This document shows positions 27,726 to 37,729 of a DNA stretch of 64,000 bases, in pieces. The notes under the pieces were generated by a model that saw only the letters and a program-made list of their open reading frames with translations, made no database searches and was not told the origin of the DNA. Source of the DNA: an uncultured virus (IMG/VR IMGVR_UViG_2061766007_000491) (taxonomy: Duplodnaviria; Heunggongvirae; Uroviricota; Caudoviricetes); the IMG/VR virus record IMGVR_UViG_2061766007_000491. One strand, given 5' to 3'. A program made the position numbers and the translations under genes. Positions within the stretch are counted from its first letter, which is position 1. Every line of letters starts with the position of its first letter.

Positions 27726-29153
27726 ATGAGTAAGATGATTGAGATTGATGAGAAACGTCTGCAAGAGAAAACTGACAATGATGCAGCGTATTTTCTCCGT
27801 AAGTATGAACCGCAGATGGAAGCTCTGAGCTATTCTCCTCTGGCTAAGGTTCGCAACATTAACAGCTATGACGTGTGTGCGCTGGGCAGACAGCTTCAAC
27901 AGTGGGAAGATTATAAGAACCATATCATTAGTGAAGCTGGCCCTTATGGTACTAACGCTGACCTCGGTAAACTCCCGCAGATCGCTCTGGATATTGTGAC
28001 TGCTGCTTATGGTAGCTCTATTATCCCGCTGATTTGCTCTGTGCAGCCGATTGACGAACAGAAAGGTATCGTTTACTACAAAGAGACAGTTGCCCAGAAT
28101 ACAAGGGGTAATGTTACCGAAGGTGACGTGCTTAATACTCCGTTCCGTGCGCCTGATGCTTATGCTCGTGGCTATGCGAACGAGAATCTGGGTGTGACCC
28201 TGACGACTACTGCGAGCGGAACCACTGATTACACTGGCTCTATTGCTGGAATCAGTGCGACCAACAGTATTAGACCTAACTCTTTCAAGGTTACTGCGAC
28301 TCTGCCGTATCTGAAAGTGGAAGCCTCTGACGATGGCAAAGGTAACTTCTTTGGTGTTGGCATCCAGGGTACAATTAACTACACCACTGGTGCTTGGACA
28401 ATCCGTTTCTTGGATGACCCGCAGGATGCCGTTGCTCTGACAGCGACCTACGGACAGGACTTTGAAGCGGGTGCTGCTTATCCGAGAATCATTGGTCAGA
28501 ACCAGTCCACCGACATTGAAGCGCAGATTTTCGTGCTTGGTTCCGAAGTTGGTCTCTTCAAGAGCTTTGCGATGAAGAAACGCTTTGGCACGATCGCTGA
28601 GGATGAAATGATTACAGACCTCACGAATGCGATCACTGCTGAAATTGGCAACACGCTGATTTACAACATTACGCAGAACGTGACTGGCCCGATTGTTCAG
28701 TGGAGCAAGAGCCACACCAACTATAGCTGGGCTGAACACAAACTAGAACTGAAAGACTCTCTGCTGAGGTCTGAAAGCAACATTCTCCAGAACGCTGGAC
28801 GTGGCAATATCTCTGTGATGATTGCTGGCCCTGATGCCTCCAGCACCTTGGCGATGCTGCCTGGATTCCAGAGAACCGAAGTAAATGCCTCTGGCCCTGC
28901 TCTGTATGGTACACTGGACGGCATTTCCGTGATTAGGTCTCCGTACACTGACACTAACAAGATTATCACCATTTACAAAGGCACAAGTATGTTTGATGCT
29001 GCTGTGGTGTATAGTCCGTATATGCCTCTGTTCGTGAGCAATACTCTGCCTGTACCGAACAACGTGCTGCAACGTCAGGGTATCGCTTGTGTGTGGTCTG
29101 GCATTAAAGTGGTTGCCCCTGCGTTTATTAACGCTGTTGAAATTGTGGACTAA
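27726..29153 (+). CDS. major capsid protein (T4 gp23-like)
   Basis: ICSVQP, ITAEI, YKG.S.FDAAVVYSPY.P motifs; position after the protease; followed by a terminator. Confidence 0.9.
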   Translation: MSKMIEIDEKRLQEKTDNDAAYFLRKYEPQMEALSYSPLAKVRNINSYDVCALGRQLQQWEDYKNHIISEAGPYGTNADLGKLPQIALDIVTAAYGSSIIPLICSVQPIDEQKGIVYYKETVAQNTRGNVTEGDVLNTPFRAPDAYARGYANENLGVTLTTTASGTTDYTGSIAGISATNSIRPNSFKVTATLPYLKVEASDDGKGNFFGVGIQGTINYTTGAWTIRFLDDPQDAVALTATYGQDFEAGAAYPRIIGQNQSTDIEAQIFVLGSEVGLFKSFAMKKRFGTIAEDEMITDLTNAITAEIGNTLIYNITQNVTGPIVQWSKSHTNYSWAEHKLELKDSLLRSESNILQNAGRGNISVMIAGPDASSTLAMLPGFQRTEVNASGPALYGTLDGISVIRSPYTDTNKIITIYKGTSMFDAAVVYSPYMPLFVSNTLPVPNNVLQRQGIACVWSGIKVVAPAFINAVEIVD

Positions 29154-29174
29154 GACACGGTGATTGATTGACAC

Positions 29175-29208
29175 AAGAGGGAGTTTAGCAAGGGCTAGGC
29201 TCCCTTTT
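29175..29208 (+). terminator. terminator after the major capsid gene
   Basis: GGGAGTTTAGC-AAGG-GCTAGGCTCCC-TTTT. Confidence 0.75.
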
Positions 29209-29226
29209 GGCTATATTATAAAGACT

Positions 29227-29571
29227 ATGAAATATCTAAAGAATGTAAGTAATAGGTTTTCGGTTGCGGTCACAACGAAAAAGGGTATCGTCAACCTGGG
29301 TAAAGGTGAAAAGATTGACTTTGCGGAGTTGGTCAACATGGCAGAGGTGAATAGTCTGCTGACGAGGATTCCCGCTATTGTAACAGTGGGCGAGGATAAG
29401 CCCGTAGAAGCTCCGAAAGCGGTGGAGAGAGTAGATGTACCAGTGACAGAGGAAAAGGCCGTAGAAAGCCCTGTAGGGGCTCAAAATGAGGCTCCTGAGA
29501 CGGTGAACCCTGCTTATGTGAAGGTCGAACCCGTTAAGAGACAGTTTGGCAAGAAAAAGAACCGCAGGTAG
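29227..29571 (+). CDS. hypothetical protein
   Basis: ORF track 29164..29571; ATG 29227 lies downstream of the terminator. Confidence 0.65.
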   Translation: MKYLKNVSNRFSVAVTTKKGIVNLGKGEKIDFAELVNMAEVNSLLTRIPAIVTVGEDKPVEAPKAVERVDVPVTEEKAVESPVGAQNEAPETVNPAYVKVEPVKRQFGKKKNRR

Positions 29572-29577
29572 GTTATT

Positions 29578-30420
29578 ATGCTTACACAGGAACAGGCATT
29601 AGAAAAAACCATATTTGGAGCGGGGCAGACTTTATTGAGACCGCAAGACGTGGATATATCCCCACAGGATATATACAATAGGTTTTTTTATCCAGCCGTG
29701 AAGGAATACGAGCGGTGGAGACCTGTGATCGTGAAGCTGGAATCGGTGCTGATAGTCAATGCAGAGTGGAAAATTCCCGATGATTGCATAAAGATTATCA
29801 GCATAAGACCTATCAATCTGATGCGGGCATGGGGTACACCTGCGCCTTATGTGAGAATACCAGCACACCAGTGGTGGGTAACGCCTGATCGAATACTGAA
29901 ATGTCCTAGCGGACAATGGGAGATTGAATATCAAAGATACTTCTCCTGGGGCAACGAGGTGAAGGATGAAGTGGTGTTGAACGCTATAGGGCTACAGGGT
30001 ACGCAGAGGTTTGACTTACCTGCTGAGATACTGCCCAGCACGTTACGGTTGAACTATGGTGGGAGTGCGCCAGCAAGTGACTTGGAAGGGGTGATAACGG
30101 GGGATGGCATTACGGATGGCACAATAGACTATATCCACAGTAAGATCACGGTGAACTTTACTGAACCGACACAGGATATAGTGACGGCGAGTTATACGAC
30201 TAAGTTTAAGTATGTGAACGAGTTGGATATGGGCGAGGAAATGTTTTTAGACCTGTTTGCAGCACGGTTTTTGACAGGGTACGCTAACTTAAAGATGCAG
30301 ATGAACTTAGAGAATCTGCCTGTGAATATCAATCTGGACGATATTATAAGCTATGCTCGTGAGAAGGAAACCAATTATAGAACAAGGTTGGAGACGATTC
30401 AAAAATGGTTTGCATGGTAG
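29578..30420 (+). CDS. putative neck / head-tail adaptor protein
   Basis: Position after the capsid gene; 280 aa. Confidence 0.5.
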   Translation: MLTQEQALEKTIFGAGQTLLRPQDVDISPQDIYNRFFYPAVKEYERWRPVIVKLESVLIVNAEWKIPDDCIKIISIRPINLMRAWGTPAPYVRIPAHQWWVTPDRILKCPSGQWEIEYQRYFSWGNEVKDEVVLNAIGLQGTQRFDLPAEILPSTLRLNYGGSAPASDLEGVITGDGITDGTIDYIHSKITVNFTEPTQDIVTASYTTKFKYVNELDMGEEMFLDLFAARFLTGYANLKMQMNLENLPVNINLDDIISYAREKETNYRTRLETIQKWFAW

Positions 30421-30423
30421 GAT

Positions 30424-31008
30424 ATGGCAGGGTGGACGATTAGACAGCTTTGGAACTCGACCGCTAAGGTCAAGCAGTGGAGGAAGTTTAACTACTCTAA
30501 TTCAAAGAGCAGAAGGGTTGTGAAGGTGGTTCCGTATGTGGGGACTAAGATGTGTTTATTCCAGTTTGAACACTATGGGATAACGCAGAATGCACAACAC
30601 GCAATCAATTTGATGTTTACAGGGTTAGAGGTGACACAGGATAAGCGACCGACCGACTTTTTTCTGGTAGTGCCGTTTAAGGGGCGTGAGTATTATGTGG
30701 AGAAGCCTGATCTGGGGTTGCATCCGTGCATGATACGGTGTAGCTGTGCGGACTTTTATTTTACGTTTTCCTATTGGAATTGGAAGCAGGGGACGGCGTT
30801 CGGGCCAAAGCCGAGAAGGTATGTGCGCAAGACACGAACCTATCCACCGAGGAACCCAGGGCATCATCCAGGGTTCTGCAAGCACGTTTATAATAGCTTG
30901 TTATTGATGCAGACAATGGGATGGACGAATTTGAAGCATAAGAAATGGTATGACTTTTATCCGCATTGGGATGAAAACGACACGGAAGTAGTGGAGCCAG
31001 ATGAATAG
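30424..31008 (+). CDS. SWIM zinc-finger protein
   Basis: RCSCADF...FCKH (CxC...CxH). Confidence 0.75.
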   Translation: MAGWTIRQLWNSTAKVKQWRKFNYSNSKSRRVVKVVPYVGTKMCLFQFEHYGITQNAQHAINLMFTGLEVTQDKRPTDFFLVVPFKGREYYVEKPDLGLHPCMIRCSCADFYFTFSYWNWKQGTAFGPKPRRYVRKTRTYPPRNPGHHPGFCKHVYNSLLLMQTMGWTNLKHKKWYDFYPHWDENDTEVVEPDE

Positions 31009-31258
31009 TAAGAAGTATTTTATATGCGAGAATTGCGGGTTTGAGGATATAGTGGACGAGTTTGGGTATTGTCCTGTATGTAACCCTGAGCAGTTGTCAG
31101 ACGAGGAGAAGGAAGCGGAAGAGGATAACGGCAGTAAGGGTCATTGTTACTTTCTGGGTGTGATGGAGGGTAAATGCAGACTGGACAAAACAGTGTGCGA
31201 ATACTGCATACATAATAACTATGAGGATTGCCCGAAACTCATAGGCGATAAGGATTAG
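31001..31258 (+). CDS. small Cys-rich (zinc-ribbon-like) protein
   Basis: CENC...CPVC plus further Cys residues. Confidence 0.6.
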   Translation: MNSKKYFICENCGFEDIVDEFGYCPVCNPEQLSDEEKEAEEDNGSKGHCYFLGVMEGKCRLDKTVCEYCIHNNYEDCPKLIGDKD

Positions 31259-31259
31259 T

Positions 31260-32222
31260 ATGGGTGGGAACTATAAAAAGTTTGGCATAGACGGTACTGA
31301 GCGTTTGTTAAGAGTAGGTGCAAAGGTAGCATCTACTCTGATTAGCGTATTAGACGACCCTTTGGGGTATGATGCTGATATATTTTTCCCAGAAGGAACC
31401 ACCGTGTACGATGGGAGTGATAACAGTGTGAGATACCCTGTATTGCCTACTATAAGCCGTAGGGTGATTATAGGCAACATAATGACAGAGCGAATGCACG
31501 GTGACGTGACTCTGGACGTGTATAACGAGCAACAGCCGACCTTATGGATTGAAAGAGAGTATAGAATACCTCGCTATAGTAAAGTGGTGGTGAAGGTTAA
31601 GAATGAGACCATACTACAGTTTAAGGTGCAGTATGAGTCGGGTATGTACGCAGTGGATAATGAAATGTTCCATAAATATCCGCTAGTGCCTATGAGTGCA
31701 GTAGCGACAGGTGCGCCTGAGATAGACGAGAACCCGATGGATGTGACCTTTGACGTGAACAGTACGGGCGAGCTAGTGGTTAAAGCGAGGGGTGCTGAAC
31801 CGCTGGAATATCAATGGTACAAGGATGACGAGAAAATCGAGGGGGCTACAAGTAGTAGCCTACTGATTGACCCTGTAACGATGGACACGGCTGGCGATTA
31901 TCGCTGTGTGGTGTCGAATAGTGTGGGTACGAATACGACTTATCCCGCTCATGTGAGTGTGGCGAATCTCCCGATAATTGTGACACAGCCAGTAGGAGGG
32001 CGTTACCCAGAGGGTAGTAAGGTTACTCTGAGTGTAGAGGTACAGGGCGACCCACCGCTGAGGTATCAATGGTATCATAATGAGGAAAAGCTGTACGGAA
32101 AAAGCAACAGCACTTTGGTTATACCGAATGCGCACCAATGGGATAACGGTGATTATAAGGTACGCATAACGAATTTAACAGGCATGGTCGAGAGTGACAC
32201 AGTGCATTTATACATAGAATAA
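31260..32222 (+). CDS. virion protein with two C-terminal Ig-like domains
   Basis: PLEYQWYKD...AGDYRCVVSN and PLRYQWYHN...NGDYKVRITN. Confidence 0.85.
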   Translation: MGGNYKKFGIDGTERLLRVGAKVASTLISVLDDPLGYDADIFFPEGTTVYDGSDNSVRYPVLPTISRRVIIGNIMTERMHGDVTLDVYNEQQPTLWIEREYRIPRYSKVVVKVKNETILQFKVQYESGMYAVDNEMFHKYPLVPMSAVATGAPEIDENPMDVTFDVNSTGELVVKARGAEPLEYQWYKDDEKIEGATSSSLLIDPVTMDTAGDYRCVVSNSVGTNTTYPAHVSVANLPIIVTQPVGGRYPEGSKVTLSVEVQGDPPLRYQWYHNEEKLYGKSNSTLVIPNAHQWDNGDYKVRITNLTGMVESDTVHLYIE

Positions 32223-32226
32223 GACT

Positions 32227-32892
32227 ATGGCAGAACCGAAACTAGGAACAGCGCAAAGGTATGGCAATGTAACCAGTGATATTATCAAGGGTTATAAGGC
32301 GGTATTGAAAGAGATATTGTCTGATTTTGTACTGATAGACACTTTCGTGTATGACCCTGATATGGGTTTAAGCCCGATATTGCGCAGTGAGATAGTCACA
32401 CATGACTTTGCCAAGCAGATGAATGGTAAGGCGAACTGGCTGGCGTGTGTGTGGGGTCGTGAGTTATTAAAGCCGTGTGAGGAGCAAGGCAGACTGTTTC
32501 AGGGCGTGAAAGCCAGAGTCCCCAGAGTGCCAGAAGCCGTGCTGTATCGGATGCGGATGGTGGACTTGACAATCAATCAGGTGTTTGTGTCACCGAGCAT
32601 GGAGATCATTGAATACTTGGAAGAGACGTTCCTGTGCTTTTTTCCAAGCGGTGCATTTAAGTTTACGATAAAAAGAGTGGAGAATGTGGATATAGAAGCC
32701 AGTGTAAAACAGTTTAATATGACTGGTATTTCACGCCTAAGTTACGATAATTTGGGCAGTTTATCTATATTACAAGCAACGGCGGTAGTGGATTATCCCT
32801 TGACCCTTGAAAGGGGTAGAGCCAAGCTGATTACAGATATTGGCTTTAAGATTTTTTTGAAAGGTGAGGATGCTTATGTCGAAGCGGAATAA
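32227..32892 (+). CDS. putative tail completion protein
   Basis: Position between the neck and sheath genes. Confidence 0.4.
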   Translation: MAEPKLGTAQRYGNVTSDIIKGYKAVLKEILSDFVLIDTFVYDPDMGLSPILRSEIVTHDFAKQMNGKANWLACVWGRELLKPCEEQGRLFQGVKARVPRVPEAVLYRMRMVDLTINQVFVSPSMEIIEYLEETFLCFFPSGAFKFTIKRVENVDIEASVKQFNMTGISRLSYDNLGSLSILQATAVVDYPLTLERGRAKLITDIGFKIFLKGEDAYVEAE

Positions 32893-33208
32893 AAGAAGAA
32901 AAGAAGTAAATATCGAAACTGTGTTTGAGGAGATCGAGGCAATGGACATGGATAAGATCATCCAGATCGTTGATGACGTGCCTGAGCCTGACTACTCGGA
33001 GGCAGTGATACCAAAGCATATCCCAACAGTGCGAGGAAGCAGTGAGAATAAGGAAGCGGGGATTGTATATGTAGCGTCTATGAACAATAGGGCGAATCCT
33101 ATTAGGTACAATGGCACTACAATAGTGATACCCGCTGTAGGTAAAATCAAACTGCGTAAGAATTGGATTGAATCTACTCCGATTGGAGTACGGATTTTTG
33201 AATCATAA
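32864..33208 (+). CDS. hypothetical protein
   Basis: 114 aa ORF (start possibly a few codons downstream). Confidence 0.6.
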   Translation: MRMLMSKRNKRRKEVNIETVFEEIEAMDMDKIIQIVDDVPEPDYSEAVIPKHIPTVRGSSENKEAGIVYVASMNNRANPIRYNGTTIVIPAVGKIKLRKNWIESTPIGVRIFES

Positions 33209-33221
33209 ATCATAATATATT

Positions 33222-35585
33222 ATGAGTGCGCCAGAAGTAATTACGAGGGAGATTGATTTAAGCACTAGGGTTCCAGGATTTAATGGAGTCTATGCTGGAT
33301 TAGTCTTGCCGACCAACAGGGGGCCTGTGGATAAGCCCACTTTGGTCACGAGTGACACCGACCTTTTGAGGCGGTACACTATTAACGAAACTGTGCCTAT
33401 TGATGGGAATGATGCGTTTTTTTCTGCATTAGCATTCCTTGAGAAAGGTGATAAGCTCTGGGTTATCCGTTGCGCTGGTGAGGGTGCTTTGTATGGTGGT
33501 GCTGAGTTTAACGCTAACGGCAGTGATGCGACCCAAGCTGAAAATACGAGTTTCACGAACGGAACCATGACACCTGCGTATTATCCCGTTGCGGATAAGA
33601 AGTTTGTGCTTTATGCCTCTGACCCAGGTGCGTGGAATAACGACATTAAGATCAAGGTGTTTAGGAGTAGGGCTTTTGACTCTATCCAGCCTACCGCTTA
33701 CGATGACCAGACCACAGTAGGTAGTGACGTGCTGTTCCTTATTGACTATGAGAACAGTAAGGTTGCAACGAATCAGGACTGGCAGACGGGTGAACCCGTA
33801 AGAGTAGCTATCCCCGATAATGTGGTTATTGAGGATACAGGCGAAGAGATCGCTTATAAACTGCCGAACGGACTGAATACGACCAGTGTGTTCTATGTAG
33901 TGAAAGCTGCGGACACTTACTTGGGCGGTGAAAAATGGGTCAGCACGGTTATGTTTGCGACTTCTTATAACAAGGCGAAACAGGCTGCTGCACAGTTGGC
34001 TATTATCGCCAGCGATGCGACCACCGCTGAAAAGACGGCTGCCCAGGAAGCCTTGAAGGGTCTGATCGTGAGGTTTACACGGAATGCTAGGTTGCTGGAT
34101 GCTAAGAACGGTCTGGCAAGCTGGAACGCTAATACAGTGTTTGAAGTCAATGATACCGATGCGGTTATCCGCAGTGGTGGAAACTTCAAGTCAGGTGATG
34201 CCGTGTATGTAGTAGGTGAAGGTCTCCCGACTGATACACCGAAGGTTATGTATATCATTAGGCTTGGTTCTAATAAGTTCAAGCTGGCTGGTACGCTGGC
34301 TGATGCTTATGCGGGCAGGGCGTTTGTGGGTAACACTGCTGGCGGTTCTGCTTCACAGATTAAGGTCTATGGTTGCAACGGTATCAAGATGTTGCCTGTT
34401 AAGAGTACTAAGACACCGAACACTGGACTGCTTGAGGTCTTTGTGGGTGCTGATGAAGAGAACCCTGTGGAGAGCTTTGTGTTTAGCCGTGTAGAAGGTA
34501 CAAGGAACGCCGATGGTGTGAACATTTACCTGAATGCGTTGCTGGAAGCCTCTAACTATGTGCGTGGTCTGGTAAACAATGCGGATACGAACCCTGATGA
34601 TACCTATGATGCGGAAACTGGTACTTGGTCGGATATTTGCACCTCTACAGTGTTGAAGGTACAGGCGATTGCCCTGCCTCTCGCTGGTGGTGATGACGGC
34701 GATCAGGTAACGGACGCAGACATGATTAAAGCCAGTGACGTGTTCAAGAATAAGGAAAGCTATCCGATGACTATTCTCATGGATGGTGGTTATCCTTCTA
34801 TTGACTTCCAAAAGGCTCTGATTAGTCTGGCAGAAGGTAGGAAGTTCTGTATGGCTCTCCTGAGTACACCCGTACAGAAGGAGGATGCAAGCGATTATCT
34901 GAACTCTATTGTGAGCTTCAAGATGAACGAACTGAATCCGAATACGAGCTATGCTGCTCTTTATACACCGCACGTTGAGTTACTTGACCGTTACAATAAC
35001 GTGTATAGGATGGTGGCTCCCGATGGTTACGCTGCTGCTGCGATTAGCTACACTGCATATAACTATGAAATGTGGTATCCAGTGGGCGGTTTCAGGCGTG
35101 GCGTTATCAATGTGAGAGACGTGAATCGCAGGTTTACCAAAGGTGAAATGGATTACCTGTATGACAACGGTATCAATCCGATTAGGTTCTATCCTGGTAA
35201 GGGTATTGTGATTTGGGGTCAAAAGACCTTGAGCGCAAGACCTTCCGCTCTGGATAGGATGAACGTCAGGCTGATGCTGATTGTGATTGAACCCGCTATC
35301 GAGGCAGCTCTTGAGGACTTCCTGTTTGAGTTGAACGATGAAGCGACACGAGGCTTGGTTAAGACCATGATTGATAACTACATGGAAGGAATCAAAGGCC
35401 GTAGGGGTGTATATGACTATTACACCGTGTGCGATGACAGCAACAACAGTGCGGATGACATTGACAACTACCGCATGAATGTGTGGCTGTTTGTGAAACC
35501 GACTAAGGCAGTGGAATACATACCGTTTAGCGTGGTTATCACCTCAACGGGCATGGACTTCTCACTTGCACAGCAAAGCCTCTAA
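33222..35585 (+). CDS. contractile tail sheath protein
   Basis: SAPEV..REIDLS, PG.WNN, W.P.GG.RRG, LY..GINPI, IWGQKTL, RMNVRL motifs. Confidence 0.95.
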   Translation: MSAPEVITREIDLSTRVPGFNGVYAGLVLPTNRGPVDKPTLVTSDTDLLRRYTINETVPIDGNDAFFSALAFLEKGDKLWVIRCAGEGALYGGAEFNANGSDATQAENTSFTNGTMTPAYYPVADKKFVLYASDPGAWNNDIKIKVFRSRAFDSIQPTAYDDQTTVGSDVLFLIDYENSKVATNQDWQTGEPVRVAIPDNVVIEDTGEEIAYKLPNGLNTTSVFYVVKAADTYLGGEKWVSTVMFATSYNKAKQAAAQLAIIASDATTAEKTAAQEALKGLIVRFTRNARLLDAKNGLASWNANTVFEVNDTDAVIRSGGNFKSGDAVYVVGEGLPTDTPKVMYIIRLGSNKFKLAGTLADAYAGRAFVGNTAGGSASQIKVYGCNGIKMLPVKSTKTPNTGLLEVFVGADEENPVESFVFSRVEGTRNADGVNIYLNALLEASNYVRGLVNNADTNPDDTYDAETGTWSDICTSTVLKVQAIALPLAGGDDGDQVTDADMIKASDVFKNKESYPMTILMDGGYPSIDFQKALISLAEGRKFCMALLSTPVQKEDASDYLNSIVSFKMNELNPNTSYAALYTPHVELLDRYNNVYRMVAPDGYAAAAISYTAYNYEMWYPVGGFRRGVINVRDVNRRFTKGEMDYLYDNGINPIRFYPGKGIVIWGQKTLSARPSALDRMNVRLMLIVIEPAIEAALEDFLFELNDEATRGLVKTMIDNYMEGIKGRRGVYDYYTVCDDSNNSADDIDNYRMNVWLFVKPTKAVEYIPFSVVITSTGMDFSLAQQSL

Positions 35586-35603
35586 GAGAAAGGAATTTAG
35601 ATC

Positions 35604-36164
35604 ATGAATCCTAATATCGAGAACATTAGAAGTATATCTGACTTTGCGACAGTATATCAGTGGAGCGTAGAGTTTATTCTGGCGACCACAGTTACAGGCG
35701 GTGTGCCTTACCCTGCGAGTGAGCAGCTTGATTGGCGTTGTGAATCCCATGAGATTCCTAATGCCAGCAATAATGCGATTGCAGTACAGATCAGGGGTCA
35801 TAAGGTGTTCCAGCCTGGTATCATGGATTACAGCAACACGATTGCTTTGACCTTCGTGGAAACTGTGAATAACATGATGAGTAACTTCCTTCGCAGTTGG
35901 CGTGAGGCTTGCTGGCATTCTGTGGACGGCGCACAGCATGAAAAGCTGGATACCGATGCAGTGATTAGGCTGGTACGTCTGAACAGGCAATTACACCCGA
36001 TCTGGGAATACCAGTTGAGGGGTTGCTGGTTGCAGAGCTACACGCAAGGTACACTGGACGGCAGTACGTCTGATGCGATGAAACCGAACCTCACAATACA
36101 GTATGACTATTATCTGGATGGTCTGCCTGGACAGGTGAGAGTGGGCGAGAATCCCCCTGCATAG
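35604..36164 (+). CDS. tail tube protein (gp19-like)
   Basis: Follows the sheath; IRGHKV..PG, LTFVET, YQLRGCW, TIQYDY. Confidence 0.8.
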   Translation: MNPNIENIRSISDFATVYQWSVEFILATTVTGGVPYPASEQLDWRCESHEIPNASNNAIAVQIRGHKVFQPGIMDYSNTIALTFVETVNNMMSNFLRSWREACWHSVDGAQHEKLDTDAVIRLVRLNRQLHPIWEYQLRGCWLQSYTQGTLDGSTSDAMKPNLTIQYDYYLDGLPGQVRVGENPPA

Positions 36165-36190
36165 GGTGTAGGGCTTTTATAGCCCATAAG

Positions 36191-36232
36191 ACTCTCTATC
36201 TCGGCTATATTATAACGAGGTAGAGAGTTTTT
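36191..36232 (+). terminator. hairpin/terminator after the tube gene with TATATTATA in its loop
   Basis: ACTCTCTATCTCG-GCTATATTATAA-CGAGGTAGAGAGT-TTTT. Confidence 0.65.
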
Positions 36233-36237
36233 CTATT

Positions 36238-36825
36238 ATGTACTTGCAAGGTATTGAAACACTAAGAGCGGTCAAGTGGAGTAAGTCCTATCTGTGGGAT
36301 ATTATTTTCTTGGGTGCTGTGGATTTTTATAAGAGTGCTACATACGGTAAACCGAAAGCACCGTTTGACACTTGGTTCCCAGCAACAGAAGTGGAGGTGT
36401 TGGACGCTAATATACAAGTCTTTGACTTCTCACCACCTGTGCGGAACCTGAGTGTGCCGAAGGGTAGTGAGGTACAAAGGCTTTCTGTGAATTTTGTGGA
36501 TGATGTGGATTGTACGATTCAACAGTGGATGGCAGAGTGGATGAATGAACAGATATTGAATAATGGCGCAGGTATAAGTCCAGTGACAGAGTGTTTGAGA
36601 ACGTGTATCGTGTATAGATTGAATAATGCTCGTAAACCAATTAAGGGGTGGAAGTATAACGTGTATCCTACAGGCGAGTTACCTTGGCAGGGCAGGTCTG
36701 AGAGTGCTGCGAATGAGTACAAGGTGGACTTTGTTGTCTGGCAAGAGGAGAAAATCTTGGACGTATCAGATAGTTATGCTATGATGGCGAGGAGGCGACA
36801 GATGGAAATGACCTCGGATTTATAA
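36238..36825 (+). CDS. tail tube-like / baseplate-tube junction protein
   Basis: Tube-like pattern (LSVNFVDD, WMAEW, YNVYP); position. Confidence 0.55.
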   Translation: MYLQGIETLRAVKWSKSYLWDIIFLGAVDFYKSATYGKPKAPFDTWFPATEVEVLDANIQVFDFSPPVRNLSVPKGSEVQRLSVNFVDDVDCTIQQWMAEWMNEQILNNGAGISPVTECLRTCIVYRLNNARKPIKGWKYNVYPTGELPWQGRSESAANEYKVDFVVWQEEKILDVSDSYAMMARRRQMEMTSDL

Positions 36826-36839
36826 GGAATTAGAAAAAT

Positions 36840-37613
36840 ATGAAAGTAATTAGACAAGAAGAGTTAGGGCAAGATAATAGCCAACAGTTCAACATGATGC
36901 CCTTAGTGGAAGTAACACAGTTGCCTAGTGGTTTTATTGCGTATCCAGAAGGGGTAAAAATATCCTATAGACCGTATGTGTTTGGTGAGATCAAGAAGTT
37001 TAACCAGAGTAATATGAGCAAGCTGAAAGCCTATGAAATGGCATTACAGGGTGTAGTGGTGGAAGGTATGGTGAAGGATGACATTACGTTTGCTGATATG
37101 CTTTATATTGCTTTATTGCGTAAAATCAGTTCTCTGGGTGATACTTCGTTCAGTGTGAGCTATAGGTGTGGGATGTGCGGTAAGACGAATACGGTTAGCG
37201 TGGAGCATAAGAAGGTGTCCTTTGTGGATATGGAAGTAAAGAAACTGCCTATCGAAGTGACATTGAGCAATGATAAACTGATTACGTTTGGACTGTTTAC
37301 GTTTGGCAACTATAAGACGTTGGTGAAAGAGAACCGTCTGAATGATGATTTGTATGCTATGGCATTGACCGCTAAGAACATGGATGCGAAACAGGCTTAT
37401 GAAACCATGTATAACGCACCTGTAGCGGATGAGGCGATCATTGATTATGTGGATAAGCTGCAATACCATAACATTGCACCTATGGAATTTACTTGCAAGG
37501 AAGAGGGTTGTGGTCATAAGACAAAAGTGAGATTGACGGGAGGAGATATTTTGATTGGCCCCTTTCGTGAGTCTGACGAGTATGTTAAAAGCAGAGTTCG
37601 CTTTGGCATATAA
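36840..37613 (+). CDS. baseplate hub assembly chaperone (T4 gp26-like)
   Basis: LPSG, ISYRPY, LRKISS.G, CGMCG and C....CGH motifs; upstream of the tape measure gene. Confidence 0.65.
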   Translation: MKVIRQEELGQDNSQQFNMMPLVEVTQLPSGFIAYPEGVKISYRPYVFGEIKKFNQSNMSKLKAYEMALQGVVVEGMVKDDITFADMLYIALLRKISSLGDTSFSVSYRCGMCGKTNTVSVEHKKVSFVDMEVKKLPIEVTLSNDKLITFGLFTFGNYKTLVKENRLNDDLYAMALTAKNMDAKQAYETMYNAPVADEAIIDYVDKLQYHNIAPMEFTCKEEGCGHKTKVRLTGGDILIGPFRESDEYVKSRVRFGI

Positions 37614-37725
37614 GATGCACCAGAGTGTCCATGACTTGCAGTATATGGACTATGGTGAGGTGAAGTCCCTGTGTGACGAGCTTATGAAAGCGATAGCACA
37701 ACAGGGTAAGAAACGATTGAGATAG
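37555..37725 (+). CDS. small gp51-like tail/baseplate assembly protein (below the ORF-track cutoff)
   Basis: +1 frame: ..VSLTSMLKAEFALAYKMHQSVHDLQYMDYGEVKSLCDELMKAIAQQGKKRLR*; AGGAG 9 nt before TTG 37555; fills the gap before the tape measure gene. Confidence 0.55.
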   Translation: MAPFVSLTSMLKAEFALAYKMHQSVHDLQYMDYGEVKSLCDELMKAIAQQGKKRLR

Positions 37726-37729
37726 GACT

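Noticed and set aside
27717..28739. 340 aa minus-strand ORF (and similar antisense ORFs over the sheath, tape measure and fibre genes)
   Set aside because: Antisense shadows of strongly biased + strand genes, with no recognisable motifs
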